The notes under the pieces were generated by a model, which was not told where the DNA came from, ran no database searches, and saw only the letters and a list, made by a program, of their open reading frames with translations. From NCBI GenBank assembly GCA_049799515.1, contig JBARIA010000119.1:18613-82612 (forward strand): a stretch of 64,000 bases of DNA, in the 5' to 3' direction. The stretch's first letter is position 1. Each line of letters begins with the position of its first letter. The stretch comes from Candidatus Dormiibacterota bacterium (GTDB lineage: Bacteria; Chloroflexota; Dormibacteria; Aeolococcales; Bog-877). The position numbers and the translations under genes were made by a program. Positions 1-10,298 of this stretch are shown here, in pieces.

Positions 1-1645
1 GGATCTGGGCCACCGGCACCGAAACTACCTCGACCCGATTCTGCGCCAACCCCTGCTCCACTGCGGCCGCCGCCTCCTGCGCGGTGTGGGCCAGGGTGCC
101 GCTCGCCCCGTAGGCGCGGGCAGCCGCCAGGTGGTCGATCCCGAGCAGTTCTGTACCGGGGTGGAGGCGGGGATCGTGGGGCACTGCGAGCAGGTTTTCG
201 ATGGCCCGCTTCACCGCCAGATAGCCACCGTTGTCGAGCACCACCACCACTACCGGGGCGTCCTGGGCAACGGCCGTCCACAGCGCCTGCACTGAGAAGT
301 GGAGGCTGCCATCCCCGGTCACCAGCACCACCGGTCGGTCCGGACTGGCCAGTTTGGCGCCGATCGAAGCCGGCAGTCCCCAGCCAAGCGCCCCGCCGCT
401 GCTGCGCCAGATTTCACCCCCCTCTGGGACCCCGCCGTGCCGAAAGAGGTTGCGAGAGGCCCGGACCGCCTCGTCGACCAGGATCGTTCGCTTGGGCAGG
501 ACCCGGGCCAACTCCGAGACGACCTCGGCAACCGCCAGCGGTTGGCTGCCTCGGGCAGAGTCCAATTCCTTGGCGACGGCTGCTTCCCGGTCCGTCCGCA
601 CCCGGGCCAACTCTCGCTCTCGATCCTCCCGGGCGCCCGGGCCAGGAAGACGGCGGCAATCGTCGAGCAGCGCTGTCAGCACCGTCTGGGGATCGCCTAC
701 AACACCGATATCGGTCGGCAGCCTGCGTCCCAATTGCAATGGGTCCGGATGTACGTGGACCAGCCGGGCGCCCGTCGGGAGCTTGGGCCGCAGTCGGTTG
801 GAGAAGGGGAAGAACACTCGACCCCCCACAGCCAGAACCAGGTCGCAGCCGTCGAAGAAGGAGGGATCGTCCCCGTACACCCCAAGGTAATGGGGGTCGG
901 AGGCGGGGAAGGAGAAGGTGACCAGGTCGGTGAGGTCGGCGGCCATCACCGCCAATCCCATCTCGGAGGCTAGTTCCGCCGCCGCCTGGCCCGCCGAACT
1001 AGCCTCCGTCCCCAGCACCATGACCGGGTTCCGAGCCGCCCGGATCAGCTCTGCGACCGCGGCCAGCTCGCCCGGCCGAGGCCCGGGTGGACCCGGCCGG
1101 TCTCGCACCGATGGGAGGGACGTCGAGTCGAGGGGAGTGGTCAGCTGAGCCCCCAGCAGATCCTCCGGTACCGCCAGGTAGGCGGGGCCCCGGGGGAATG
1201 CGGTCGCCGCCAGCAGCGCCCTAGAGAGGTCGGCCGCGATCATTTCCGCTGACAGGCTCTGCCAGGCTGACTTGGTGAACGGCCGCAGCAGCGAGGAAAG
1301 GTCGGGAAAGGCGCAGAAGCCGTCCTCGGCCAGCACCGTCCGATCCTTGTGCCCCGCGGTCATGACCACCGGAATGCCATCCCGGGACGAGTTGAAGAGC
1401 TGGCTCATCCCGTTCATGGTGCCCACCGTGGTGTGCAGCCCCACGACCCCAGGCCGCCCAGACGCTCGCGCATACCCGTCGGCCATCGCTACCGCGATGC
1501 CCTCGTGCAGCGACAGCACGTAGCGGATGGCACCGTCTGCGCGCAGCGCCTCCAGGAGCGGGGCTTCGGTAGATCCTGGCAAGCCGAAGAAGGTGTCCAC
1601 TCCCCAACTTTTCAGAGTGGCGACAAAGGCCTCAGCCCCGTTCAC
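1..1645 (-). CDS. Thiamine-diphosphate-dependent enzyme, benzoylformate decarboxylase / acetolactate synthase-like (C-terminus runs off the left window edge)
   Basis: Absent from the ORF track because this minus frame has no stop inside the window. My translation from GTG 1645 reads [34 protein letters not shown]...[14 protein letters not shown]...TAGHKD. Near the edge it reads [42 protein letters not shown]...VVVLDNGGY, a GDG...N ThDP-binding motif. The GTG overlaps the upstream stop (GTGA, 1642-1645). Confidence 0.8.
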   Translation of the reverse strand, partial: [548 protein letters not shown]

Positions 1646-2430
1646 TGGTTCCCTCCAACTTCGGCTGCCGCCTGGGCAGTCGCCCCACCCAGAAAGATCT
1701 CCCGCATACGCGGATCACGCAGCACCTGTTCGGCCGGGGCCGAGACCTCGACCCGTCCCCGTACCAGAAGACATGCCCAGTCGGCCACCTGGAGCGCCGC
1801 CACCGCCTTCTGCTCCACCAGGAGAACCGACTTACCTAGCTCGGTGAGCGGCCGCACCTGTTCCTCTAGCACCACCTTCGACATCTCAGGGCTGAGGCTG
1901 GCGGTCGGCTCATCGAGCACCAGCACCTTGGGGTCCAGCATCAGCACGCGGGCGATCGCGGTCATCTTGCGCTCACCGCCACTCAGGGTCTCGGCGTATT
2001 GGTGGAGCTTGGTCCGGAGCTGGGGAAACACCTGCAGCACCTGATCCATCCGCCGATCCCGCTCGGCCCGCTTGCAGAGGTAGCCGCCCATCTCCAGGTT
2101 CTCGATGACCTTCAAGGAGTCAAACACGTCGTCAAGTTGGGGAACGTAGCCGACGCCCATTCGGGCCAGTTTCTCGAGGGCCATCCCGGTCACCTCCTGG
2201 CCGTCCAGGAACACCTTCCCGGACATCACCCCCACGATCCCCAGCATCGCTTTGAGCAGGGTGCTCTTGCCGGAGCCGTTGGGCCCTGCCACCGCGACGA
2301 CCTTGCCGGCAGGAACCTCGAGGCTGACGCCATTTACTACCGGGAAGTCGCCGTACCCGGCGACCAACTCCTGCACGCCGAGCGCTGCTGCGACCCCGCT
2401 AGCCGATGACATAGGCGTCCTGGACCTCAC
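1642..2430 (-). CDS. ABC transporter ATP-binding protein, LivF-like (HAAT family)
   Basis: 262-aa ORF with Walker A GPNGSGKST, signature LSGGERKM and Walker B LVLDEP. It is the fifth gene of the transporter set. The start may be the internal ATG at 2412. Confidence 0.85.
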   Translation of the reverse strand: MRSRTPMSSASGVAAALGVQELVAGYGDFPVVNGVSLEVPAGKVVAVAGPNGSGKSTLLKAMLGIVGVMSGKVFLDGQEVTGMALEKLARMGVGYVPQLDDVFDSLKVIENLEMGGYLCKRAERDRRMDQVLQVFPQLRTKLHQYAETLSGGERKMTAIARVLMLDPKVLVLDEPTASLSPEMSKVVLEEQVRPLTELGKSVLLVEQKAVAALQVADWACLLVRGRVEVSAPAEQVLRDPRMREIFLGGATAQAAAEVGGNQ

Positions 2431-3238
2431 GCCGGGTCCGCAGCTCGGCCATTTCGCCCCGGGCGATGATCTTGCCCCAGGCCATCACCAGCACCTCAGA
2501 GCAGATGCGCTCCACTGTGTCCAGCTCGTGCTCGATGATAAGTACTGTAAGGCCCCGTTCCCGTAAGGCTAAGAGCACTTCTTCCAGCTGCCGGACCAGT
2601 CGGGGATTGAGCCCCGCCATTGGCTCGTCGACCAGCAGCATCTTGGGCCGGGTCATCAGCACTCGCATGATCTCAACTGCGCGGCGCTGGCCACCGCTCA
2701 GGCTGCCCGCGCGCTCGTTGGCTTTGTCAGCCATGCCGAAGGTGGCCATCAATTGGTGAGCTTGCTCCACAATCGCATCCTCTTCCGGTCCCCAGAAACG
2801 TCTCCCCAGCAGAAGGCCCCGCGGGGATAGGGATCGCTGCTGGGGAACCGCCACCATGAGGTTCTCCAGGGCAGTCAGCCCATCAAACACGCGCGCGATC
2901 TGAAAGGTTCGCACTAGGCCCCTACGCGCACGCCGGTCCGTCGGCTCACGGGTAACATCCACCCCGTCAAACTCGATGCGCCCCGACGTCGCGGGCGAGA
3001 AGCCGCTCATCACGGTCAATACAGTCGATTTGCCGGCTCCATTCGGACCGATGATCCCGGTGACGGTGCCCGGCGTAATATCGAACGAGACGCCGTCCAC
3101 GGCGCGCACCCCCCCGTAGTGCTTCACCAAGTCCGTGACCCGAAGCAGTGCGCGCGTCTCCCCATCCGCTGGGCGAGCACTGCTCTCGGAAGTCCCAGCC
3201 GGTGTCATATGGAGGGGTCGAATTTTGCTCTCACTCAC
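2399..3238 (-). CDS. ABC transporter ATP-binding protein, LivG-like (HAAT family)
   Basis: 279-aa ORF with GPNGAGKST, LSGGQRRAVEI and LLVDEP. The GTG start overlaps the permease stop (GTGA at 3235-3238). Confidence 0.85.
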   Translation of the reverse strand: MSESKIRPLHMTPAGTSESSARPADGETRALLRVTDLVKHYGGVRAVDGVSFDITPGTVTGIIGPNGAGKSTVLTVMSGFSPATSGRIEFDGVDVTREPTDRRARRGLVRTFQIARVFDGLTALENLMVAVPQQRSLSPRGLLLGRRFWGPEEDAIVEQAHQLMATFGMADKANERAGSLSGGQRRAVEIMRVLMTRPKMLLVDEPMAGLNPRLVRQLEEVLLALRERGLTVLIIEHELDTVERICSEVLVMAWGKIIARGEMAELRTRREVQDAYVIG

Positions 3239-4308
3239 ACCGGCGGCGTCACAGCCGATCCCGCTCCTCCGCTCCCGTCTTCAGGGGACTGATTGCCAAA
3301 GCGGTAGCGAGGTCTTCTCTCTCGGAACACCCCCTGCGGCCGTACCGCCAGAAAGACGATGGTCATGCTCCCGAGAATGATCCAGCCCAGAGCCTCGGTG
3401 AGCCCTGTGTGGGCGCGAATTTCCGGCAGAAACTGCACACCCTGAAGGAGAAGCACGGCGATGATAAAGGTTCCCACGCTCACCCCGAAGTCGTTGCCGA
3501 GACCGCCCACGATGATCGCTGTCAGCAATGCCAGGGTCTCCACGTAAGCCCATGCGCCCGGCGACCAGCCCCCGATGAAAGCCACTAGCAGTGCTCCGCT
3601 GACCCCCCCAAACGCTCCCCCAACTGCTTGGCTCAGCAAGCGCATTTTGACCACGCTGACACCCATCGCAGCGGCCGCATGCTCATCGTCCCGAACCGCT
3701 CGAAGGGCGCGGCCCATGGGACCGCCGGTGAACCGCCGCATGACCAGGTAGCCCACCAAGCAGGCGAAGGCCACCATTCCCACATATGCCCAGTCTCCGG
3801 CAGACGGACTGAGTCCAGAGAATGGATTTGGAATCAAACTCAAGCCAGCCTGGCCCCCCAAAAAGCCCGTGTCCGCGCCCACTACTGTGGCCGCCATCAA
3901 CGAGATGACCAGCATCACCATGGCCTGGTAATCCTGCCGAATACGCTTGAGGCCGGTTACCCCGATTGCTACCCCGACGATGGCCCCGACCACCGCAGCC
4001 GCGACCACGGCGAGCGCAAAGGGAAAGTGGAGCCCGACAACGTACTGCTGGAAGCCACCATTGCCAGTGTCTGGGCCTAGGGTGAAGACCGCGTAGGTGT
4101 AGGCGCCGGCGGCGATCACAACGATGTAGGCCAGGTTGGCGACGCCCGACACCCCGAACTCGAGGTTAAGCCCCCACGCCGCCAAGAGATCTGTCCCTAG
4201 GTAGACCAGTAGCACGACTCCGTAGAACGCAAGGCCGGTCATCGCGTCCGCCTCAAAGTCAGCCGCGCAGGGGTCATGCCAGCAGCCTTCTGGCGCTCCC
4301 GCTTCCAA
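3235..4308 (-). CDS. Branched-chain amino acid-type ABC permease, LivM-like
   Basis: Long polytopic hydrophobic ORF in the expected operon position. The likely true start is ATG 4242 (MTGLAFYGVVLL...) rather than 4308. Confidence 0.8.
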   Translation of the reverse strand: MEAGAPEGCWHDPCAADFEADAMTGLAFYGVVLLVYLGTDLLAAWGLNLEFGVSGVANLAYIVVIAAGAYTYAVFTLGPDTGNGGFQQYVVGLHFPFALAVVAAAVVGAIVGVAIGVTGLKRIRQDYQAMVMLVISLMAATVVGADTGFLGGQAGLSLIPNPFSGLSPSAGDWAYVGMVAFACLVGYLVMRRFTGGPMGRALRAVRDDEHAAAAMGVSVVKMRLLSQAVGGAFGGVSGALLVAFIGGWSPGAWAYVETLALLTAIIVGGLGNDFGVSVGTFIIAVLLLQGVQFLPEIRAHTGLTEALGWIILGSMTIVFLAVRPQGVFRERRPRYRFGNQSPEDGSGGAGSAVTPPV

Positions 4309-5158
4309 ACAGACCGCGCGGTCGCACCAACAACATCAAGATCAAGATAGCGAAGGCAATGACACTCTCATAGGCGGGGTTCCAGTAGGCTGCCGACACC
4401 TCAGTGGCGATGCCCACGACCAGACCTCCCACCATGGCCCCGTAGGGCTGTCCCACACCTCCCAGGACCGCTGCCGCGATCATCGGGATGAGAAAGACAG
4501 ATCCTAGGGTGAAGTCGAACGACTCCGTGGTGATGGCTAGGGCAATACCAGCCATCCCACAAAATGTACCGGAGATGAGCCAAGCGAAGTCGCTGACGCG
4601 CGAGGTTGAGATTCCGCAGCTTTGTGCCAAAATCCGATTCGACGACGTGGCCCTCATCGCGCGCCCCAGCTGGGTCCGGGTCAGCAGCAGATGCAGACCA
4701 AGCATCAGGACCACGGCGATAGCCAGAATGATCACCTGCGAGCTGGTGAGCGTAAAGTACCAAAACCGCAAAGTCGCGCCGCTAAGGTTGCCATACGATT
4801 GAGTGGCCGGGCCGGCCACCGCCACGATCAGGTATTCCAGGACGATGCCTGCGGATACGCTCACTATCACCAAACTGAACGGCCGAAGCCCACGCCGGGT
4901 CAGGGGGCTGATCAGACCACGGCTGAAGGCCACTGACGATGCCCCGACCATCAGCCCGCCTAAGAGCATCACCAACCAAACATTGAGTCCGAAGCCCAGG
5001 AGGAACAGTCCTAGAAATGCTCCGACGCTCATCAGAGCCCCATAGGCCACGTTCAGCAGGTTGCTGATTCCGAACTGCAAGGTGAAGCCCACCGCACCCA
5101 GCGACAGCACAGCCCCGGAGGCGACCCCGAACCCTATGGACTCGATCAGAAGATGCAC
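4274..5158 (-). CDS. Branched-chain amino acid-type ABC permease, LivH-like
   Basis: 294-aa multi-TM ORF (MHLLIESIGFGVASGAVLSLGAVGF...), directly downstream of the binding protein and upstream of the second permease. Confidence 0.8.
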   Translation of the reverse strand: MHLLIESIGFGVASGAVLSLGAVGFTLQFGISNLLNVAYGALMSVGAFLGLFLLGFGLNVWLVMLLGGLMVGASSVAFSRGLISPLTRRGLRPFSLVIVSVSAGIVLEYLIVAVAGPATQSYGNLSGATLRFWYFTLTSSQVIILAIAVVLMLGLHLLLTRTQLGRAMRATSSNRILAQSCGISTSRVSDFAWLISGTFCGMAGIALAITTESFDFTLGSVFLIPMIAAAVLGGVGQPYGAMVGGLVVGIATEVSAAYWNPAYESVIAFAILILMLLVRPRGLFGSGSARRLLA

Positions 5159-5234
5159 TCAAGACTCCTCGGAATTCGCTACCCCCCGTTGCCGTCAGTT
5201 GTCTTGAGAGGGTCGCCAAACCAGCGCGGGGTTC

Positions 5235-6521
5235 CTATCCCAGCAGCTTGGATACCTCAGACGCTGAGATCAGGGAGGACCGACGCGAGGTAGAGGAACC
5301 GGTGAACACGTCCGCGGCAAAGGCTCCCGCAAAGTTGTGGTACTTGTTGAATGTGACGGCACCCAGGACGCCCACGTACTGAATCGTCTTTCCCTTGTCA
5401 AGCGCCTTCTTTCCTGCGGCAAAGCTGTCCACAACCACCGCTCCTGACTTCGGCTCGACCACCTTGGTGACGTCGGAGTTGTACACCGATCCGGTGGCAC
5501 TCTTCGCCATCACCATCGCCAGGGCCAGGATGTTGATGCCGTCGTAGATGGAGGCAGGGGGCCCTACCGAGGACAAGGTGTTGGCAATGCCGTGGGTCTT
5601 CGGGTCGGCCAAGAGGGCTGCCTTGTAAATGGAGAATGCGGGTGTGCTCTGGCTGAAGTAGGAGCCGACCAGGGCCACGTGGTGGAAAATGTAGGACTTG
5701 CCAACCGCCTTCGCCACCGCGGAGTACCAGTCCGGTGTCAACGAGTCAGTGGCCGTGATCAGCGTTGGGAGTTTGCCGCTGTTCAATTGGGAGTAGTTGG
5801 AGAGGAAGGTTGCCGTCGTCTGAGGATCGGCATCGAAGACCAGGGCCTGGGGGTGATCGGATATCACGGTCGCGGCTGTGCTGGAGTAGGAGGTCGCATC
5901 TCCGGGGATGGTGGTGTTGATGGTGAGCTTGACCCCCAGCTTGCTGGCAGCCTTCTCGATTCCCGGCACGTTGCCAGTGTCGGTGGCGTTGTCCTCGAAG
6001 ACCACCGCTATCTTCTTGTACCCCTTCTGTGCCGCGTAGGCGACCATGGCGGCGCCGTTCGCGTCATCGGCAGGCGTGAGCCGCCAAAAGTACTTGTCCT
6101 TGGTCTTGTCATAGCCGGTCAAACCGGCCGCAGTGACGAACGGAATTTTTGCCTGATTGACCAGCGGGATGGTGGTTGCTGCAGTGTTGGTCTCAAGCCC
6201 CGCCGCCATGTCGAAGTTCGAGATGGTTCCAATCGCACGAGTCACGTTGGGAACAGCGTCAGCTGGGTCCCCAGTGTCGTCGACGGAAGTGCACTGCAGC
6301 TTGTGCCCCAGCACGCCCCCTGCTTTGTTGATCAGGTCAGTCGCCGCATAGCAAGGAGCTGAGAGCAGGGTGCCGAACTCAGCTGCCGATCCCGAGAAGG
6401 GGGCGATCACACCGACATTTATCGGCCCCGACGAGAGGCCCGAGCTGGCCGCACTGGCTGCCACGCCATCGGCCGCCAGCGCTACCAGTCCAATCAAAGG
6501 TATGACCAAGAGCTTACGCAT
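5235..6521 (-). CDS. ABC transporter substrate-binding protein (type-1 periplasmic binding fold, Leu/Ile/Val-binding family)
   Basis: The ORF track gives 5235..6566. I place the start at ATG 6521, with GGAGGG 7 nt upstream. That gives the signal-like N-terminus MRKLLVIPLIGLVALAADGVAASAA. The sequence style matches LivK-family binding proteins. Confidence 0.8.
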   Translation of the reverse strand: MRKLLVIPLIGLVALAADGVAASAASSGLSSGPINVGVIAPFSGSAAEFGTLLSAPCYAATDLINKAGGVLGHKLQCTSVDDTGDPADAVPNVTRAIGTISNFDMAAGLETNTAATTIPLVNQAKIPFVTAAGLTGYDKTKDKYFWRLTPADDANGAAMVAYAAQKGYKKIAVVFEDNATDTGNVPGIEKAASKLGVKLTINTTIPGDATSYSSTAATVISDHPQALVFDADPQTTATFLSNYSQLNSGKLPTLITATDSLTPDWYSAVAKAVGKSYIFHHVALVGSYFSQSTPAFSIYKAALLADPKTHGIANTLSSVGPPASIYDGINILALAMVMAKSATGSVYNSDVTKVVEPKSGAVVVDSFAAGKKALDKGKTIQYVGVLGAVTFNKYHNFAGAFAADVFTGSSTSRRSSLISASEVSKLLG

Positions 6522-6815
6522 CCGTCGTCCCTCCATCCTGCTCAGAGTGAGCGCCCCCGTGGACATCTATGGCCCCCGACAAGGCGACGGACCCCTGGTC
6601 TCGACAATCGAGGAGCGAACCCGGACGCCCCGGCGCGCGCGGTGGGAGGGTCGACTTGGTCGGCTCTGCCAGCCTGGTGCGTCTCGACTCGGGCACTTGG
6701 ATTCGCGCTCCCCCTTACTTGAGTAGGGAGGATTATATGTTGGTTATGCCGAGCGGCGCAAGGGGCTGGTGCAGAGGTATTTGCGAGCGGTTCGGAAGAC
6801 ATCAATTCCGGCGTC

Positions 6816-7349
<534 letters not shown>

Positions 7350-7457
7350 GGTCACGGTCGGAAGTACTCCCCATGGGGATCCCCGGCGCAACTGCCCGCG
7401 ACCGCTGGCCAAGGCCCGCCCACCGTTCCTCCGCCCAGCAGCTGGCCAGCTGTCAAT

Positions 7458-8321
7458 TTGGCAGGTCAGCCAGTGTCGGCCCAGGTTGAGCCTTCCCCAT
7501 TCGGGGGCGCACCTGTGATCCCAGCTCCCTTCGAGTACTCGAGGGCCTACTCGGTCGAAGAGGCGGTGTCTCAGCTAAGGAACGCCGGCCCGGGGGCCAA
7601 GCTGATTTCGGGTGGCCAAAGCCTGCTTCCGATGATGCGACTGCGTCTGGCCCAGCCCAGCCACCTGGTCGACATCAACCTGGTCAAAGAGCTGGACCAC
7701 GTCCGGGTGGAGGACGGCCAGCTACACCTGGGCGCTATGGTCCGGCACGCAACTTTGGCCAGCTCCGCCGAGGTGCAGCGCCAGCTGCCGTTGCTCTCTG
7801 AGATCGCCGCCGAGATCGGCGACGTTCAGATCCGCAGCCGAGGAACGCTGGGCGGGGTTATGGCGCACGCTGATGCCGCCGGCGACTATCCAACCCTGGC
7901 GGTCATGCTCGAGGCCACCATCGTCACCGACCGACGCCAGATCGCGGCCGCGGAGTTCTTTCAGCACCTCTTCACCACTCCGCTGGAGGCGGATGAGCTG
8001 GTCTGCGAGGTGGTGTTTCCGGTCGCCGCGGGGCCCCACTGCTACCTCAAGTTCCGCCTTCGCCAGTACGACTGGGCGATCGTGGCGGCCGGAGTCCAGC
8101 AGACCGATGCCGGCTGGCGGGTGGGGCTGACCCACGTCGGCCCCACCCCGACCCGAGCCTGGACCGTCGAGACCGCGCTCAGAGCGGGTGCCAGCCCAGC
8201 TGAGGCGGCGGAACACGCCTCCGACGGACTGGAGCCCAGCAGCGACGTCCGCGCCTCGGCCGACTACCGCCGCCATCTCTCGCGGGTGTTGACCAGGCGA
8301 GCCCTCGAGCGGGCCTCCTGA
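7458..8321 (+). CDS. FAD-binding medium subunit of a molybdo-hydroxylase (CoxM/CutM type)
   Basis: 287-aa ORF with PFEYSRAYSVEEAV...GAKLISGGQSLLPMMRLRLA, typical of the FAD_binding_5/CO_deh_flav_C family. An alternative start is GTG 7515 (VIPAPFEY). Confidence 0.8.
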   Translation: MAGQPVSAQVEPSPFGGAPVIPAPFEYSRAYSVEEAVSQLRNAGPGAKLISGGQSLLPMMRLRLAQPSHLVDINLVKELDHVRVEDGQLHLGAMVRHATLASSAEVQRQLPLLSEIAAEIGDVQIRSRGTLGGVMAHADAAGDYPTLAVMLEATIVTDRRQIAAAEFFQHLFTTPLEADELVCEVVFPVAAGPHCYLKFRLRQYDWAIVAAGVQQTDAGWRVGLTHVGPTPTRAWTVETALRAGASPAEAAEHASDGLEPSSDVRASADYRRHLSRVLTRRALERAS

Positions 8322-8338
8322 ATGCCGACCGGAAGCGA

Positions 8339-9016
8339 ATGCCGATCGGTTTCCCAGGCGGGATGACCTTCATCGACGCCGCCCCGACCCCGCAACCGCT
8401 GGTTCTGCTGGCGGCGGGGCGCAGCCTTCGGATGGGCCAGCCCAAGCCGCTGCTGAGCTGGCGAGGGGCCACCCTGCTGGAGCACGCCTGTCTGGCTGCC
8501 CGCAGTGGCGGCGCCAAGCCGATCCTGATCGTGGCCGAGGACGCTGAGTGGCTGAGCCAACGGTCGGGGCCGGTCGGGGAGGTGCTCTGGGTGAGCTGCC
8601 CAGCGGCGAACCAGGGCCAATCGGTGTCGCTCCGGGCAGGTCTGGCGGCCGCCCGGGCCGTTGCCCCGGCCGCCCAGGCGGTACTGGTTTGCCTGGTAGA
8701 TCAGGTGGGGCTGCGGCCAGAGGCGGTCCGGAGGGTGGTGGAGTCAGTTGCGCAAGGCGGTGCCGACGCCTGGGTCGCTGACTACGGCGGCCAGCGCCGG
8801 ATCCCTGGTCACCCGGTGGCTCTGGGGCCCAAGACATGGCCGCTGGTGGAACTGCTCCGGGGCGATGTCGGAGCCCGCCACATCTTGAAGGGACTGGCGG
8901 AGGCCCTCAAGTGGGTGACCCTACCGGCCGGGTGGTGTCCGGTCGACTGCGACACCCCGGAGGAGTACCAAAACCTCCTGGCTCGAGACCTGCCGAGCAG
9001 ACGAGAGCGACCATGA
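8339..9016 (+). CDS. MobA-like NTP transferase (molybdenum cofactor cytidylyl/guanylyl-transferase, MocA-like)
   Basis: N-terminal LVLLAAGRSLRMGQPKPLL nucleotidyl-transferase motif, about 220 aa, sitting next to cox-type genes. Confidence 0.7.
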   Translation: MPIGFPGGMTFIDAAPTPQPLVLLAAGRSLRMGQPKPLLSWRGATLLEHACLAARSGGAKPILIVAEDAEWLSQRSGPVGEVLWVSCPAANQGQSVSLRAGLAAARAVAPAAQAVLVCLVDQVGLRPEAVRRVVESVAQGGADAWVADYGGQRRIPGHPVALGPKTWPLVELLRGDVGARHILKGLAEALKWVTLPAGWCPVDCDTPEEYQNLLARDLPSRRERP

Positions 9017-9117
9017 CCACTACCCACTGAACAGCTGGGCCATGGCGACCCGCTGACGCTAGTGCTTGGCTACTATTTCCCGAACTACGGGTCCGGTACC
9101 GGCGCGAAGGAGCCCGC

Positions 9118-9684
9118 TTGATCCTGGACAACGACTTCCATGTAGCGATTCCGCCCGACCAGCTATGGCCGCTGCTGGGTGATCTCGAGCGAATTGCCCC
9201 TTGCCTTCCGGGCGGAGCCATCACCGAGCGGATCGATGCCAACACCTACCGCGGGACCATCACCATCAAGGTGGGTCCGATCACTGTGAACTACGCGGGA
9301 ACCGCCAAGGTCCTCGAGGTTAGCCCGGAGTCGGGCCGGATGGTGATGCGCTGCGAAGGTCGGGAGACCAGAGGCCCGGGAAGCGCTAGCGCAGACATCA
9401 CCATCGAGATCGTGTCAGAGGGGGCAGGATCGTCGGGGCACATCCGCTCCGAAGTCACGGTCACGGGACGAGTGGCCCAGTTCGGGCGCAGCATGATGGC
9501 CGAAGTTGGCGATCGGATCCTGGTCCAATTCGCCAAGTGCGTGGAGGTGACTATGACCGCGTCCACCCCCGGCGCCGGCGAGACTTCGGGGGCACAGTCC
9601 AATTCCGGGCCGCCACAGGTCAACTTGCTGCGGATGCTCCTCGGAATCGCCTGGGATCGGTTGCGTTTCTGGAAGCAGCGGTAG
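9118..9684 (+). CDS. CoxG-like SRPBCC-fold protein (carbon monoxide dehydrogenase subunit G family)
   Basis: TTG start with GAAGGAG 7 nt upstream. The sequence FHVAIPPDQLWPLLGDLERIAPCLPGGAITE...GTITIKVGPITVNYAGTAKV...VTGRVAQFG matches my recollection of the CoxG family. Confidence 0.7.
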   Translation: MILDNDFHVAIPPDQLWPLLGDLERIAPCLPGGAITERIDANTYRGTITIKVGPITVNYAGTAKVLEVSPESGRMVMRCEGRETRGPGSASADITIEIVSEGAGSSGHIRSEVTVTGRVAQFGRSMMAEVGDRILVQFAKCVEVTMTASTPGAGETSGAQSNSGPPQVNLLRMLLGIAWDRLRFWKQR

Positions 9685-9806
9685 TCCGACTGGCCAATCT
9701 CTCCCAGACCTTTACAGGGCAGATCTCGGAGAGAAGCTGAGGCGCTGGCCGAAGGAGGTGCCCCGGTGCCCCGTCGCCGTCGACGAGCTCCTAAACCAGG
9801 GGCGAC

Positions 9807-10298
9807 TCAGGCGGCCGCTAGCGACCCAGCACGAGGCGTCCGCCGCCGCCGCCGCGGCCGAGGCCAATCGTCCCTCTCCTGGTTGAGGTCGGGGAACCGC
9901 TCCCGGCGGTGCGGCACCAGCGCATCCAGGACCAGTGACTGCCAGTTGAGCAAGGCCGAGTGCAGGTCGTACGAGTTGCGGGCCGTCTGGACAGCCTCGG
10001 GAGGATCTTCGTGGACAGTCTCCGCCAAGTGGGCGACCACCTTCCGACAGCCCTCTCGCCTGGCGATCCGAGCCCCTTTGGCGTGCAGGTCCTCCAGCTT
10101 GGTCAGGCAGTCATCGATCGCGGTCAGGCAGCGGCGCCTACGGGACTGGACCATGGCCCTCTGCTGGCTCTCGGCTAGCGCCACCCGAATCTCCCGGTTG
10201 GTGCGTTCCATCCTCTCTGCGCCGGGATGCCACCTTGAGAAGGAGCTGGCCCTGTTCTCAGGGCTGCCGGTATGCCGCGCTGTTGTGGCTGGTGACAA
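9807..10298 (-). CDS. Hypothetical protein (helical, Arg-rich C-terminal tail)
   Basis: TTG start preceded by GGAGGAG 5 nt upstream. The composition is protein-like, unlike the Arg/Ser-rich ORF on the opposite strand (9766..10320). No family recognised. Confidence 0.5.
   Translation of the reverse strand: MSPATTARHTGSPENRASSFSRWHPGAERMERTNREIRVALAESQQRAMVQSRRRRCLTAIDDCLTKLEDLHAKGARIARREGCRKVVAHLAETVHEDPPEAVQTARNSYDLHSALLNWQSLVLDALVPHRRERFPDLNQERDDWPRPRRRRRTPRAGSLAAA

Noticed and set aside
1-1645. Link between the ThDP enzyme at the left edge and the ComA cluster, as a ComDE-like sulfopyruvate decarboxylase
   Set aside because: The two loci are about 40 kb apart and separated by many unrelated operons. 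The enzyme is translationally coupled to a Liv-type transporter. Its motifs look like those of single-chain benzoylformate decarboxylase or acetolactate synthase, rather than the short ComD/ComE pair.
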